A stretch of DNA of 54,656 nt from an uncultured Piscirickettsiaceae bacterium (GTDB taxonomy: Bacteria; Pseudomonadota; Gammaproteobacteria; GCF-002020875): assembly GCA_964344785.1 (NCBI GenBank), contig CAYFOR010000004.1, positions 1 to 54,656 of the forward strand, written 5' to 3'. Position 1 is the stretch's first letter; each line of letters starts with the position of its first letter. A model generated the notes under the pieces. That model saw nothing but the letters and a program-made list of their open reading frames with translations, ran no database searches and was not told the origin of the DNA. Of this stretch, positions 42,295 through 52,676 are shown one piece after another. A program made the position numbers and the translations under genes.

Positions 42295-42574
42295 TTAGAC
42301 AACGGCCAATTTGCACCCCAGCGCCTCAACAATCTTGCTGACCGTCTCATAATGGGGGGTTACCATCCTCAGACAGTGACTTGTACAAACTGGCACGGGT
42401 TACCCCGGCCTGTCTGGCTACCTCAGTCATTCCCTTGGCCCTGGCTGCAATGTTCAGCGCGTGAATCAGGTCGGCAGGTGTGCCGGTATTGGCAACTTCC
42501 TTGATGAACTCTTGAATGTCCTCTTCTGTATCGAGGTGATCTGCTATGTCAAAGATAGTGGTGTTCACAGTCAT
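42295..42574 (-). pseudogene. Addiction-module antidote (HTH) protein, frameshifted
   Basis: FDIADHL..ALNIAARAKGMTEVARQAGVTRASLYKSLSEDGNP; removing one base from the G6 run at 42354-42359 restores HYETVSKIVEALGCKLAVV*. Confidence 0.8.
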
Positions 42575-42578
42575 CGTT

Positions 42579-42820
42579 CTACTCCAACTCACTCAGCAAC
42601 TGTTTTGCCTTTTCAATATCCTTGCTCTGAGTTGATTTATCGCCACCACTCAGCAGCAGGGCAACCTTTTAATTCCGGGTGATACAGTAGATACGCAGGC
42701 CGCCACCGAAGAACAGCCGCATTTCAAACAGGTTGCTATTGATGCTCTTGTAGCCCCCGAAGTTACCGTTCTTTACCAAGCTAACCGAGCCAAAATCTTG
42801 CACTCGGCTGCTTGATCCTG
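42579..42820 (-). pseudogene. RelE/ParE-like addiction-module killer protein, disrupted
   Basis: KILARL (frameshift) VKNGNFGGYKS..LFEMRLFFGGGLRIY..RN*KVALLLSGGDKSTQSKDIEKAK; 5' end not recognisable. Confidence 0.8.
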
Positions 42821-42951
42821 CAGCCCTCAGAAACACTCCCCGGTGATTGCAGCCTTGGCAAAGCACCCCTCCAGTTCGACCCAGCGGAAGCCGGAAATAT
42901 CGTTCAGATGAATCATATACGGGTATTTATCAACTACTGGATTATCATAAA

Positions 42952-43146
42952 CTAGAACTGCTTGGGTAACCCCGCCTGTTGCAGCACCCCGTTTGCGGTG
43001 TGGCGAGAGAGAATCTTTCCATCAACTACAAAGTAGTGGTTAGAAATCGGGCTAAACCATATTTCGTGGTCACCTTTTCCTTGCCGATCAAGGTAGCAAC
43101 CTGATTTCTTGAGTATCTTTCTTAGCCGCTTGGTATAGCCATCCAT
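42952..43146 (-). CDS. HicA-family toxin
   Basis: 64 aa basic; RQGKGDHEIW.SP, SRHTAN.VL.QAGL. Confidence 0.85.
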   Translation of the reverse strand: MDGYTKRLRKILKKSGCYLDRQGKGDHEIWFSPISNHYFVVDGKILSRHTANGVLQQAGLPKQF

Positions 43147-43379
43147 CAGCAGTGGCAGTGTGCTATAAAGTCACGCTCTGCATGCAGGTGAATGGGTATG
43201 TCTTGGATCGTACAACCGCCGCTGTTAAGCTCCAATAGCTCTGGCACCAATACCAATAGCTTTTCTTCCAGCTCTTCGGCTGTAGCAGCCTCAGTAACCA
43301 GTCCGGGCACATCTTCACTGGTGGCAACCCATACGGATACTTCATCATCCCAGATTGCTCTAACTTCAACCTTGTTCAT
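43146..43379 (-). CDS. HicB-like (DUF1902-type) antitoxin
   Basis: 77 aa acidic; WDDEVSVWVATSEDVPGLVTEA..LVPELLELN; TGATG overlap with the toxin. Confidence 0.85.
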   Translation of the reverse strand: MNKVEVRAIWDDEVSVWVATSEDVPGLVTEAATAEELEEKLLVLVPELLELNSGGCTIQDIPIHLHAERDFIAHCHC

Positions 43380-43470
43380 GCCCTTTCCTCAGTTGACAGA
43401 ATTAAGCAAATGCTAGATCGATTATAGCACAATGGCAATAACCCTCTTCATCAGGCAACATAAACCAACA

Positions 43471-43801
43471 ATGATCAAGAAGACCACCAACGGCAAGTAG
43501 CAGACCGACACACAACCACAAGGAAGGTATGGGCGGTGCTTCCGTAAGATCTTCAAGACCAATGCAGAGGTGGAGTTATCCTACCTGACCCGCGATGAGA
43601 TCGAGTTGCTGCTGAAAGAGTTGACCAACTCCCGCAATCCAGATGACAGTACCACTGATCTGCCTAGCTGAGGCGGCTGGGAAGATCCTTCGATGGTCAG
43701 AAAATGCTCATCTGAGTGTTGAACATCTCAAACGGTGCGCCGAGCACAGCTCAATGAACCCCCAGTTTAGACATAAAAAGAAAATGCCCAGTAAAAACTG
43801 A
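43471..43801 (+). pseudogene. Tyrosine integrase remnant
   Basis: MIKKTTNGK*QTDTQPQGRYGRCFRKIFKT, ELSYLTRDEIELLL, and in other frames LICLA and GGWEDPSMVRK-AHLSVEHL; abuts the tRNA-Lys 3' end. Confidence 0.75.
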
Positions 43802-43808
43802 GCATTTT
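43775..43808 (-). terminator. Rho-independent terminator after tRNA-Lys
   Basis: AAAATGCTCAG-TTTTTA-CTGGGCATTTT followed by CTTTTT. Confidence 0.65.
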
Positions 43809-43820
43809 CAATTGTATACA

Positions 43821-43896
43821 TGGTGGGCCGTGAGCGATTCGAACGCTCGACCATCGGATTAAAAGTCCGGTGCTCTACCAACTGAGCTAACGGCCC
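43821..43896 (-). tRNA. tRNA-Lys(TTT)
   Basis: GGGCCGTTAGCTCAGTTGGTAGAGC..CGGA-CTTTTAA-TCCG..GTTCGAAT..CCA; follows queC. Confidence 0.97.
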
Positions 43897-43942
43897 GAAA
43901 ATCGAAGAGTGCGAATCATACACACTCCAGACCACAAAATCA

Positions 43943-44626
43943 TCATAAATATCGGGTGGGGTCTTCAACACCTGCGGCATCGAAGCCTGCCTTGCGCAGC
44001 TGGCAGGAGTCGCAGCGCCCACAGGCCCGCCCTTCGGTGTCTGCCTGATAGCATGAGACGGTCAGGCCATAGTCCACTCCGTTTTTCTGTCCAAGCTGAA
44101 TAATCTCGGCCTTGGTCAGATCGATCAGTGGGGCATGTACGGTAAACGGATCGCCACTCACCCCGGCCTTGGTTGCCAGATTGGCCGTCTGCTGGAAAGA
44201 TTCGATGAATGCAGGCCTGCAGTCCGGGTAGCCCGAGTAGTCCACTGCATTGACTCCGATAAACAGATCCATCGCCTCCAGCACCTCCGCCCAGCCCAAC
44301 GCATAGGAGAGAAACAGAAGATTGCGTGCCGGTACATAGGTAACAGGAATCCCATCCTGCGGTGACTCGGGAAGATCAATGGCGTGATCGGTCAATGCCG
44401 AACCACCCACCGCACCCAAGTCGATGCGAGCGACCCGGTGTTCAACTCCACCCAGCGCTGCAGCCACACGTCTGGCGGCATCCAGCTCCGCACGATGCCG
44501 CTGTCCATAGTCAAAACTGAGTGTATAGCAGTCATACCCTTTGGCAGAAGCAAGGGCCAGCACGGTAGCGGAGTCCAGTCCTCCCGAAACCAGCACCACC
44601 GCCTTTCTGCGCTCTAGATTACTCAT
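43943..44626 (-). CDS. queC: 7-cyano-7-deazaguanine synthase
   Basis: SGGLDS, YGQRH, YVPARN, GYPDCR, CGRCDSC; ATG 44626 overlaps the queE stop. Confidence 0.97.
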   Translation of the reverse strand: MSNLERRKAVVLVSGGLDSATVLALASAKGYDCYTLSFDYGQRHRAELDAARRVAAALGGVEHRVARIDLGAVGGSALTDHAIDLPESPQDGIPVTYVPARNLLFLSYALGWAEVLEAMDLFIGVNAVDYSGYPDCRPAFIESFQQTANLATKAGVSGDPFTVHAPLIDLTKAEIIQLGQKNGVDYGLTVSCYQADTEGRACGRCDSCQLRKAGFDAAGVEDPTRYL

Positions 44627-45288
44627 CTGCCAGCCTCGTCTCCCCACAACAACTTGTGCAACTGAATCTGAAAACGAACCTGCAGCCGGTCCTCCAATAC
44701 CCATTCGGCAAGTTCCGTTGGATTCACCTGCCCTGCCGCTGGGGATAGCAACACCTCGCATCGTGACTCCAACCGGTGCTCCTTCAAAATCGGCAGAAAC
44801 CACTCATAGTCTGCACGATCGCAGATCACCACCTTGAGCTGATCCTGACCACCCAGCAATTCCAAATTGGGCCAGTGGTTCCGCTCCTCCTCTCTGGAAC
44901 CCGGGGTCTTCAGATCCACCACGCGATCCACACGCGGATCAACCGGAGAGATATCGACCATACCACCGGTCTCTACCGATACCTTGTAGCCCGTATCACA
45001 GAGCCGGCTCATCAGCGGGAAGACCGCCTGCTGCACCAGTGGCTCACCACCGGTAATGGTGACATGCACTGCTCCGATGGATTGAACACGTGCCGTGATC
45101 TCATCCAGTGTCAGACGTTCACCGCCCTGAAAGGCATATTCGGTATCACAGTAGCTGCAGCGCAGCGGACAGCCGGTCAGTCGCACAAAGGTAGTCGGCC
45201 AGCCCACGCTGCGGCTCTCTCCCTGCAGGGAGTGGAAGATTTCGGTAATCTGCAGTGTCTCTCGACCGCCCCGGGGGTCTGCTGCCAT
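44623..45288 (-). CDS. queE: 7-carboxy-7-deazaguanine synthase
   Basis: [29 protein letters not shown]. Confidence 0.96.
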   Translation of the reverse strand: MAADPRGGRETLQITEIFHSLQGESRSVGWPTTFVRLTGCPLRCSYCDTEYAFQGGERLTLDEITARVQSIGAVHVTITGGEPLVQQAVFPLMSRLCDTGYKVSVETGGMVDISPVDPRVDRVVDLKTPGSREEERNHWPNLELLGGQDQLKVVICDRADYEWFLPILKEHRLESRCEVLLSPAAGQVNPTELAEWVLEDRLQVRFQIQLHKLLWGDEAGR

Positions 45289-45293
45289 CTCGC

Positions 45294-45911
45294 TCAGGGG
45301 ATCTTTTTCAGCTTCATGGAGGCCCGTTCAGCCTGAGAACTACCGGGCGCACTCTTGACCACCTGCTCCAGAATCGACCGGGCATGTCCGTAGGCACGAC
45401 TGGCAGCCTTCTTGTCACCATTAACGGTGTGCAGGCGACCGATCCAATACCAGGCGTCGCCATTGAAATCGCCACCGGGAAAATCACTGATCAGCTGGTT
45501 CAGTGCGGTCAACGCCTTGTCAGTCCGGTTGGCCCGAACCAGCGCAAAGGCCTTGTTGTAGGCATCATATTCGCCTCCACCACTCTGACCAGCAGCGGCC
45601 GCCTTGTTCGATGAAGCGGTGGGCGCAGTCGATTGGGTTGCACGCTCCAGCTTGCGGATTCGTGCCTCCAGATCGAGATAGTGTTCACTCTGTTTCCGCT
45701 TGATCTGCTTCTGCTGATGCAGCGCCTCCTCCACCAGACCAAAATTCTGCTGCAGTTCGGTACGCAACTGCTGAACCTCCAGCATCAGCGCACTGAGCTG
45801 CCCCATCTGTCGCTCGATCTTCTGCAACCGCTGCTCCACAGTATTGGCCCCGGCGGCAGAGAACCAGCTGACCAACAGCAGCAGCATGAACCCGGATTGC
45901 CTGTTCATCAC
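45294..45911 (-). CDS. cpoB: Tol-Pal associated protein CpoB/YbgF
   Basis: Signal peptide, coiled coil, TPR (DAWYWIG); follows pal. Confidence 0.85.
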   Translation of the reverse strand: MMNRQSGFMLLLLVSWFSAAGANTVEQRLQKIERQMGQLSALMLEVQQLRTELQQNFGLVEEALHQQKQIKRKQSEHYLDLEARIRKLERATQSTAPTASSNKAAAAGQSGGGEYDAYNKAFALVRANRTDKALTALNQLISDFPGGDFNGDAWYWIGRLHTVNGDKKAASRAYGHARSILEQVVKSAPGSSQAERASMKLKKIP

Positions 45912-46523
45912 TTACTGTGGATAGCTCAATTCGACACGACGGTTCTGTGCCCAGAACGCCTCTTCATGTCCCGCCTCCAGCGGCTTCTCCTCTCCGTAAC
46001 TGATGATCTCGATCTGTCCCGGGCTCACCCCCTCGGCCACTAGCAGGTCACTCATGGTCTGCGCCCTGCGCTCACCAAGGGCCAGATTGTATTCACGTGA
46101 CCCACGTTCGTCGGCATGCCCCTCCAACCGCACGATCATCACCGGGTTGCTCAACAGGTAGAGCGCATGGGCCTGGACGGCTGCCAGATCCTCGGCATTG
46201 ATTGAGCTGCTATCGAAACCGAAGAAAAAGAGCCGCTGCGATGGCGGTTCCATTCCTGCGGTAGCGGTACCGTAACTGTTCATCGGCACCTCGGTGGTCT
46301 GCATCCCGGTCTGCCCTACCGCCAGATGCTCTCCCTCGATATGTTCTCCAGCCGCAGCACTTCCTGCCGAAACCGACTCGATTTCGCTCACCTCAATCAC
46401 CTCAACCTCGGAGCCTGCTGCACCCTCACTATCGCCCCCCAATGCACCGTCCAGCGGGCCATTGAGGCTGCTACATCCTGAAATCAACGCTCCGAACACC
46501 ATCACTAACGCAACACGAATCAT
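45912..46523 (-). CDS. pal: Peptidoglycan-associated lipoprotein
   Basis: Lipobox LISGC; EGHADERGSREYNLALGERRA, NRRVE. Confidence 0.97.
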   Translation of the reverse strand: MIRVALVMVFGALISGCSSLNGPLDGALGGDSEGAAGSEVEVIEVSEIESVSAGSAAAGEHIEGEHLAVGQTGMQTTEVPMNSYGTATAGMEPPSQRLFFFGFDSSSINAEDLAAVQAHALYLLSNPVMIVRLEGHADERGSREYNLALGERRAQTMSDLLVAEGVSPGQIEIISYGEEKPLEAGHEEAFWAQNRRVELSYPQ

Positions 46524-46553
46524 CTTACCTTCCCACACACTTTGATCTATATA

Positions 46554-47852
46554 TTATGGTTTACTCAGAAACGGGGACCATGCCGGTTCCCTGACATCCT
46601 TACCTGCAATACTGAGGCGCTGCACACTGCTGCCATCGGTTGCCGCAATCTCCAGCACTCCCCGATCATTCTGCTGTGTAGCATACACGATCAGCCGACC
46701 ATTCGGGGCGAAACTGGGAGACTCGTCCTGCCGGTTATCGGTCAAGACCCGAACCACACCGCGCTCCACATCCAGCACTGCAATACGGTACTGTCCACTC
46801 GCTCCCTGCAGGAAGGCGATCTCGCTGCCATCCGCCGACCAGTCGGGGCTGGTATTGTAGCGCCCCTTGAAGGTCAACCGCTGCGCACGCCCTCCATTGA
46901 CACTGATCTGATAGATCTGGGGCCGCCCACTGCGGTCGGACAGAAACGCAAGGTGCTGACCATCCGGCGACCAGGCAGGCTCGGTATCGGCACCCCGGTC
47001 ACGCGTCAGCCGCTGAATGGTGTTTTTTCTCAGATCAAACAGATAGAGCTCGGAGTTGCCATCCCGCGAGAGGGCGAGTGCCATCCTGCTGCCATCGGGT
47101 GACCATGCCGGTGCGCTGTTCTTCCCCTTGAAGCTGGCAAGGCGGGTCCGCTTCCCGGTATAGACCTCCTGTATCCACACCTCGGAGCGCCGATTCTCAA
47201 AAGAGACATAGGCCAGCTTGCGGCCATCGGGCGACCAGCTCGGAGAGAGCAGTGGCGCACTGGAGGTCAACAGTACCTGTGAATCACTGCCATCGAAGTC
47301 CGCAATCTCCAGCGTATAGGTCTTGTCCCCAGCCTTGTCATAAGCCACCGAGACATAGGCCACATGGGTACGGAAGACCCCCTCGAAGCCGGTCAACTTC
47401 TTGTAGACCAGATCACTGATGGTGTGGGCGATCTTGCGCACCCGTTTACTGCTGCCAGACCCCAGCGGAAAGCGGTAGTGCGCCATCACCTTCTGCTGGT
47501 AGACATTGATCAACTGCACCTCCAGCACCACCTTTCCATCACCTCCCCTGCTGTTCCGCCCAACCAGCAGGGTCGGCACCTCCAACAGCCGCCAGTCGGT
47601 GTAGTTCACCTCACTGGCATGGGTTGGACGGGAGATCATCATTTCTCGTGCCAACGGGGAGAACTCACCGCTCAACCGCAGATCGTTGGCGACGATATCG
47701 GAACCGGCAAACGGGGCCACCGCGATCGGCAGTGCCGCCTGGTTCCCCTGCGTGATCACAATCTCCAGCGCCGCCACCGGAAAGGCCAGAAACAGCGCCA
47801 TCCACGCGCCAATCAACTCCCTGAAATAAATCCGTCTACTCTTCATGGACAA
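46554..47852 (-). CDS. tolB: Tol-Pal beta-propeller protein
   Basis: LPIAVAPF, repeated P.WSPDG. Confidence 0.96.
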   Translation of the reverse strand: MSMKSRRIYFRELIGAWMALFLAFPVAALEIVITQGNQAALPIAVAPFAGSDIVANDLRLSGEFSPLAREMMISRPTHASEVNYTDWRLLEVPTLLVGRNSRGGDGKVVLEVQLINVYQQKVMAHYRFPLGSGSSKRVRKIAHTISDLVYKKLTGFEGVFRTHVAYVSVAYDKAGDKTYTLEIADFDGSDSQVLLTSSAPLLSPSWSPDGRKLAYVSFENRRSEVWIQEVYTGKRTRLASFKGKNSAPAWSPDGSRMALALSRDGNSELYLFDLRKNTIQRLTRDRGADTEPAWSPDGQHLAFLSDRSGRPQIYQISVNGGRAQRLTFKGRYNTSPDWSADGSEIAFLQGASGQYRIAVLDVERGVVRVLTDNRQDESPSFAPNGRLIVYATQQNDRGVLEIAATDGSSVQRLSIAGKDVREPAWSPFLSKP

Positions 47853-48879
47853 AGGTCATCTCCAGTTCACGTACCTCATTTCTCAATTCTACCGATTCCG
47901 GGTAGGGAAATGGAGCCGCTTTGCGAATCGCCTGCTCCACCGAAACATCGAACGCACCATTGCCACTGCTCTGCGTGATCACAACCCGGCCCACCTCACC
48001 GCCCGGCAGCAGATTGACCCGTACCTTGCAGAGGCGTCCTGGTGGCGTACCCTTCGGCTTGTTCCAGACCCGCTCAATCTGCTGACGGATGGTCGCCTTG
48101 AGGTAGCCCAGTTCACGCGCCAGTGCCTGTTGGTGCTGACTGGCCTGAAGCAGCGCCTGCTCTGCCTCCATTTCAGCATCCAGCGCCATCTGCTCACGAG
48201 CCCGTCTCGCTTCGGCCTCCCTTCGCTTCTTCTCCGCCGCCTCCTTGCGCTTTTTCTCGGCCAGACGCTTCTTTTCCTGCTCTTTTTTCTTTTTGGCCTC
48301 TGCCTCTTTTCTCGCCTTCTCCTTTCTGGCTTTTTCTTCGGCCTTTTTCTTCTTCTCCGCTTTACGTTTCTTCTCCTGCTCGGCCTTGCGGCGCTTCTCT
48401 TCGGCCCGCTTCTTCTCCTTGGCCTCCTTGCGCTTTTTCTCCTCCGCTGCCTTGCGCTTCTTCTCCTGCTCCTTCTTCTTTTTGGCCTCCGCCTCCTTTC
48501 TGGCCTTCTCCTTTTTCGCCTTCTTCTCCGCTTTCTTTTTCTCTGCCTCTTTGCGCTTCTTCTCGGCTAACCGCTTCTTCTCCTGTTCGGCCTTGCGGCG
48601 CTTCTCTTCAGCCCGTTTCTTCTCCTCCGCCTTCTTGCGTTCAGCCGCCTCTCTCTCCCTTCGCTTACGCTCCTCCCGGGCCTTCAGCTCCCGACCATCC
48701 ACCGCATGGGCCTGGATTACATTCACCTTGGGAGTCACAACCCTTTTCTCGGGTGTGCTGTTTCCCAGCCACAACAGCATCGCCAGGAAAAGGGTATGGA
48801 GCAGCACCGATACCCCCAGCGTCGAGAGCTTTTCGGTGATCATGCGCATGAGCTGTCTTGTCACGCCTTCAAAAGACAT
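47836..48879 (-). CDS. tolA: Cell envelope integrity protein TolA
   Basis: TM with S..LH motif, K/E/A-rich helix, C-terminal [12 protein letters not shown]...P. Confidence 0.93.
   Translation of the reverse strand: MSFEGVTRQLMRMITEKLSTLGVSVLLHTLFLAMLLWLGNSTPEKRVVTPKVNVIQAHAVDGRELKAREERKRREREAAERKKAEEKKRAEEKRRKAEQEKKRLAEKKRKEAEKKKAEKKAKKEKARKEAEAKKKKEQEKKRKAAEEKKRKEAKEKKRAEEKRRKAEQEKKRKAEKKKKAEEKARKEKARKEAEAKKKKEQEKKRLAEKKRKEAAEKKRREAEARRAREQMALDAEMEAEQALLQASQHQQALARELGYLKATIRQQIERVWNKPKGTPPGRLCKVRVNLLPGGEVGRVVITQSSGNGAFDVSVEQAIRKAAPFPYPESVELRNEVRELEMTFVHEE
48235..48640 (-). repeat. Internal coding repeats of TolA domain II
   Basis: [18 protein letters not shown] and [20 protein letters not shown] each occur twice. 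Confidence 0.8.
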
Positions 48880-48891
48880 GAGTCCACCCGC

Positions 48892-49317
48892 TTACTGCTC
48901 TGGCGGATCGGTCACCAGACCGACACTGGGGAGCCCGGACTGTTGCAGCAGCGCCATCACCGAGACCACCGCACCATAATCGACCCGATGATCCCCCCGT
49001 ACCAGCACCTGGGTATTGGGGTTCTTCCGGATCAGCAGTGCCACCCGCTTCTGCAACTGTTCCTGTGCAACCGGATCTTCCGGGTGGTCTCCCACATTGA
49101 TAAAGAGCGTCCCATCCTGGCGCACCGTGACCACCACCGGCTCCTGCTCACTGTTCTCCACCAGGTTGGCCTCGGTCTGCGGCAGATCCACCTTCACCCC
49201 CTGGGTCAGCAGCGGCGCAGTCACCATGAAGATGATCAGCAGCACCAGCATCACATCAATGTAGGGAACCACATTGATCGAAGCCATCGGCCGCTTTCGA
49301 CTACGCTGGCGGCTCAT
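48892..49317 (-). CDS. tolR: TolR
   Basis: INVVPYIDVMLVLLIIFMVTAP. Confidence 0.97.
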   Translation of the reverse strand: MSRQRSRKRPMASINVVPYIDVMLVLLIIFMVTAPLLTQGVKVDLPQTEANLVENSEQEPVVVTVRQDGTLFINVGDHPEDPVAQEQLQKRVALLIRKNPNTQVLVRGDHRVDYGAVVSVMALLQQSGLPSVGLVTDPPEQ

Positions 49318-50009
49318 CAGACGGCCTCGTCGGCCTCCTCTTCCTGATTGGACTGTCGCCTGAGGATACTGGAAAACTCCTCGACAAAAATATCGTAACG
49401 GTTATTGAGCCGTTCGATATCGTTGGCAAAGCGGTTGTAGAAAATCACACCGGGAATCGCCGCAAACAGCCCGATGGCGGTTGCCACCAGCGCCTCGGAG
49501 ATACCGGGTGCCACCATCGCCAGCGTTGCATTGCTGGTAGCGCCAATGGCACTGAAGGCATTCATGATGCCCCAGACCGTACCGAACAGCCCGATATAGG
49601 GGGAGGTCGACCCCACTGTGGCGAGAAATGAAAGGTTCAGCTCCAGCGCATCAAGGTCACGGTTCAGCGCCACCCGCATTGCCCGGCTGGAACCATCCAC
49701 CACATCGGCCGAACTCAGGCCACTGCGCTTGTGCAGACGCACAAACTCGCGAAATCCGGCGGTGAAGATGCCCGCCATCCCGCGCGGTTTTGAGTTTTCG
49801 AATTTTCGGAAGAGTTCGGTCAGGTTTCGTCCACTCCAGAACAGATCCTCGAAGCGGTCCGCCGCCTCCTTCGCCTGCTTCAGATCATTGAGCTTGTCCA
49901 TGATCACCTTCCACGACCAGATCGAGGCGGCAACCAGCAGCAGCAATATCAACTGAACCACCAGGCTGGCGTTCAGAATCAGGGTGGCAATCGAGAGTTC
50001 ACTATTCAT
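49317..50009 (-). CDS. tolQ: TolQ
   Basis: LATVGSTSPYIGLFGTVWGIM, APGISEAL. Confidence 0.97.
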   Translation of the reverse strand: MNSELSIATLILNASLVVQLILLLLVAASIWSWKVIMDKLNDLKQAKEAADRFEDLFWSGRNLTELFRKFENSKPRGMAGIFTAGFREFVRLHKRSGLSSADVVDGSSRAMRVALNRDLDALELNLSFLATVGSTSPYIGLFGTVWGIMNAFSAIGATSNATLAMVAPGISEALVATAIGLFAAIPGVIFYNRFANDIERLNNRYDIFVEEFSSILRRQSNQEEEADEAV

Positions 50010-50018
50010 CGCGGTTCA

Positions 50019-50423
50019 TCACTTTTCGATCGAATCATACAACGGTTGAGGCATCGGCTTCGGACGAAAGCTGTCCACATCCAGGCTCGCAATCTTCACC
50101 GTTGCCCCACAGAGTGCCGTCTCTTCACCACAGCGGCGGATCTCCTGCAGCAGCGTCAGACTGGCTCGCCCTTTTTTCAGTAATGTGGTGACCACCTCCA
50201 GCTCATCATTGAAACGGGCCGGTGCAAAGTAGTCTATCGTCACGGATCGTACCGCGAAGATCAGACACGCCTCGTCAATCAGACGGTCCTGCTCATATCC
50301 CAGCGCACGCAGCCACTCGGTACGGGCACGCTCCATGAATTTGAGATAGTTCGCGTAATAGACCACACCACCGGAATCGGTGTCTTCGTAGTAGACACGC
50401 ACTGGAAAGAGAAAGGGGATCAT
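50019..50423 (-). CDS. ybgC: Tol-Pal associated acyl-CoA thioesterase
   Basis: RVYYEDTDSGGVVYYANYLKFMERARTE. Confidence 0.96.
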   Translation of the reverse strand: MIPFLFPVRVYYEDTDSGGVVYYANYLKFMERARTEWLRALGYEQDRLIDEACLIFAVRSVTIDYFAPARFNDELEVVTTLLKKGRASLTLLQEIRRCGEETALCGATVKIASLDVDSFRPKPMPQPLYDSIEK

Positions 50424-50478
50424 GGAGGATTATTGTGCATCATGCGCCCGCCCAATAAAACCGGGAGAACTGGGGAAT

Positions 50479-51522
50479 TTATGACTCGAAAAGGTCACCA
50501 CTTTTAGGCTCTGCTTCCTGCTGTCGCGGCTTCAATCCGAAGTGGAGATAGGCGTTGCTGGTCACCACCCGCCCTCGTGGAGTACGCATCATGTAGCCCT
50601 GCTGGATCAGATAGGGCTCCAGCACATCCTCGATCGTGCCCCGCTCCTCACCGATGGCCGCCGCCAGATTGTCGACCCCGACCGGGCCTCCATCAAATTT
50701 CTCGATCATGCTGAGCAGCAGCTTCCGATCCATCTGGTCAAACCCCTTCACATCGACATCGAGCAGATCCAGCGCCCGCTCCGCACTCCGCCTTGAAATG
50801 GCGCCATCTCCCTTCACCTCGGCATAGTCACGCACCCGCCGCAGCAGCCGGTTGGCGATCCGTGGCGTACCACGTGAACGCTTGGCGATCTCCAGCGCAC
50901 CGGCCGGCTCCGATGCCACCTGCTGGATGGTGGCCGAACGGCTGACGATGGCCGCCAGATCCTCCACACTGTAGAACTCCAGCCGCTGCACAATACCGAA
51001 ACGGTCTCTCAATGGAGAGGTGAGCAGTCCGGCTCGCGTGGTCGCACCCACCAGTGTGAACGGGGGCAGATCGAGCTTGATGGAGCGTGCCGCCGGACCC
51101 TCGCCAATCATGATATCGAGCTGGAAATCCTCCATCGCCGGGTAGAGCACCTCCTCCACCACCGGGCTGAGTCGATGGATCTCATCGACAAAGAGGACAT
51201 CGTGTGCCTCCAGATTGGTCAGCAGTGCCGCCAGATCTCCCGGCTTCTCCAGTACCGGCCCGGAGGTCTGACGCATGTTGACCCCCATCTCGTTGGCGAT
51301 GATGTGGGCCAGCGTGGTCTTGCCCAATCCTGGTGGCCCGAAGATCAGGGTGTGGTCGAGCGACTCCCCTCGATTGCGGGCGGCCTGGATGAAGATCTCC
51401 ATCTGCTCGCGCACCGCAGGTTGTCCCTGATAGTCGGACAGCATCCGCGGGCGCACCGCACGGTCGATCCGGTCCTCATCGGGGGTGGAGAGTGGCGAGA
51501 TGGTCCGGGCCAGATCACTCAT
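50479..51522 (-). CDS. ruvB: Holliday junction helicase RuvB
   Basis: [28 protein letters not shown]. Confidence 0.99.
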   Translation of the reverse strand: MSDLARTISPLSTPDEDRIDRAVRPRMLSDYQGQPAVREQMEIFIQAARNRGESLDHTLIFGPPGLGKTTLAHIIANEMGVNMRQTSGPVLEKPGDLAALLTNLEAHDVLFVDEIHRLSPVVEEVLYPAMEDFQLDIMIGEGPAARSIKLDLPPFTLVGATTRAGLLTSPLRDRFGIVQRLEFYSVEDLAAIVSRSATIQQVASEPAGALEIAKRSRGTPRIANRLLRRVRDYAEVKGDGAISRRSAERALDLLDVDVKGFDQMDRKLLLSMIEKFDGGPVGVDNLAAAIGEERGTIEDVLEPYLIQQGYMMRTPRGRVVTSNAYLHFGLKPRQQEAEPKSGDLFES

Positions 51523-51532
51523 TCAACAACAC

Positions 51533-52144
51533 CTACAGCCGGACACTCTGCTTCAGCGCGAGGCGAATCACCTCTTCACTACTGAGTTCATCCGTCCCCT
51601 CCACTGCATGGACCAGCCGGGAGGCCTCCTGTGGCTTGTAGCCGAGTGCGATCAACGCATGGACCGCCTCACCCAGTGCATCCGCCTCCACCTGCGGAGT
51701 GGCCACTCCCCCCTGCTCCACCTTCGGGGTGAAACTGTCCCACTCCTTCAGCCGGTCCCGCATCTCGATCACCAGCCGCTCTGCGGTCTTCTTGCCGACA
51801 CCGGGCAACCGCACCAGTGCGGCGGTATCATCATTCTGTACACAATCGACAAACTGGTCGGCACTCATCCCGGAGAGGATCGCCAGCGCCAGCTTGGCCC
51901 CGACACCACGCACCCGGATCAGTTCACGAAACATGCGGCGTTCCCGTTCGCTGGAGAAGCCGTAGAGCAGTTGTGCATCTTCCCGCACCACCATATGGGT
52001 GAAGAGCGTCACCCGCTCGCCACTCTCCGGCAATGCATAGAAGGTGTTCATCGACGCCTCCAGCTCATAGCCGACACCATTGACGTCGATCAGCAGCTCC
52101 GGTGGCTTGCGCTCCAGTACCACCCCGTTCAGTCGTCCGATCAT
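51533..52144 (-). CDS. ruvA: Holliday junction DNA-binding protein RuvA
   Basis: DVNGVGYE, VREDAQLLYGF, PGVGKKTAERL. Confidence 0.98.
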   Translation of the reverse strand: MIGRLNGVVLERKPPELLIDVNGVGYELEASMNTFYALPESGERVTLFTHMVVREDAQLLYGFSSERERRMFRELIRVRGVGAKLALAILSGMSADQFVDCVQNDDTAALVRLPGVGKKTAERLVIEMRDRLKEWDSFTPKVEQGGVATPQVEADALGEAVHALIALGYKPQEASRLVHAVEGTDELSSEEVIRLALKQSVRL

Positions 52145-52665
52145 CGCCAGCGCCCTCCACTGCTCCCCTTGACCGTACCCCCCAGGCGAGCCACGCCACT
52201 GGCATGGTGACCATGGCAGATTGCACAGGCGAGCGCATCGGCCTCATCGGCCTGTGGCTGGCTGCGCAGATTGAGCAACGCCCGCACCATCATCTGCACC
52301 TGTGGCTTGGCAGCATTGCCCCGCCCCACCACAGCCTGTTTGATCTCGGCCGGGGTGTACTCAAAGATTTCGATATCACGATTGACCGCACTGCAGATCG
52401 CCGCCCCACGCGCCTGCCCCAGCTTCAGTGCCGAGTCGGCATTGCGGTGCATGAAGACGTTCTCGATTGCAAAGGCAGTCGGCTGACAGCGGTCCAGAAT
52501 CTCGCTGACACTGTCAAAGATCACATGAAGTCGCTCCGGCAGTCGATCCCCCCGGATGCGCAATGCACCGCTTTCGATATGGCGAAACTCGTTGCCCACC
52601 ATCTCGACCACTCCATACCCTGTTGTACGGGAACCGGGATCAATGCCGAGAATGCGGAGGAGCAT
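52141..52665 (-). CDS. ruvC: Holliday junction resolvase RuvC
   Basis: ILGIDPGS, LKLGQARG, DEADALA. Confidence 0.98.
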   Translation of the reverse strand: MLLRILGIDPGSRTTGYGVVEMVGNEFRHIESGALRIRGDRLPERLHVIFDSVSEILDRCQPTAFAIENVFMHRNADSALKLGQARGAAICSAVNRDIEIFEYTPAEIKQAVVGRGNAAKPQVQMMVRALLNLRSQPQADEADALACAICHGHHASGVARLGGTVKGSSGGRWR

Positions 52666-52676
52666 CTGCTGATCGA

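Noticed and set aside
42159..42341. 60-aa plus-strand ORF in the decayed islet
   Set aside because: No recognisable family; its 3' end overlaps the restored antitoxin tail
44627..44803. 59-aa N-terminal extension of QueC in the ORF track
   Set aside because: Overlaps queE; ATG at 44626 gives the normal start with an ATGA overlap
43943..45288. queC/queE as a deazaguanine DNA-modification or defence system
   Set aside because: Standard housekeeping position after tol-pal; no dpd or Qat-type partner genes
48235..48640. Repetitive DNA as a possible CRISPR or non-coding array
   Set aside because: In-frame TolA coding repeats; no spacers and no cas genes. No CRISPR array seen in the window
47845..48979. 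Long plus-strand ORFs rich in Phe/Leu/Ser/Pro
   Set aside because: Antisense shadows of the low-complexity tolA sequence
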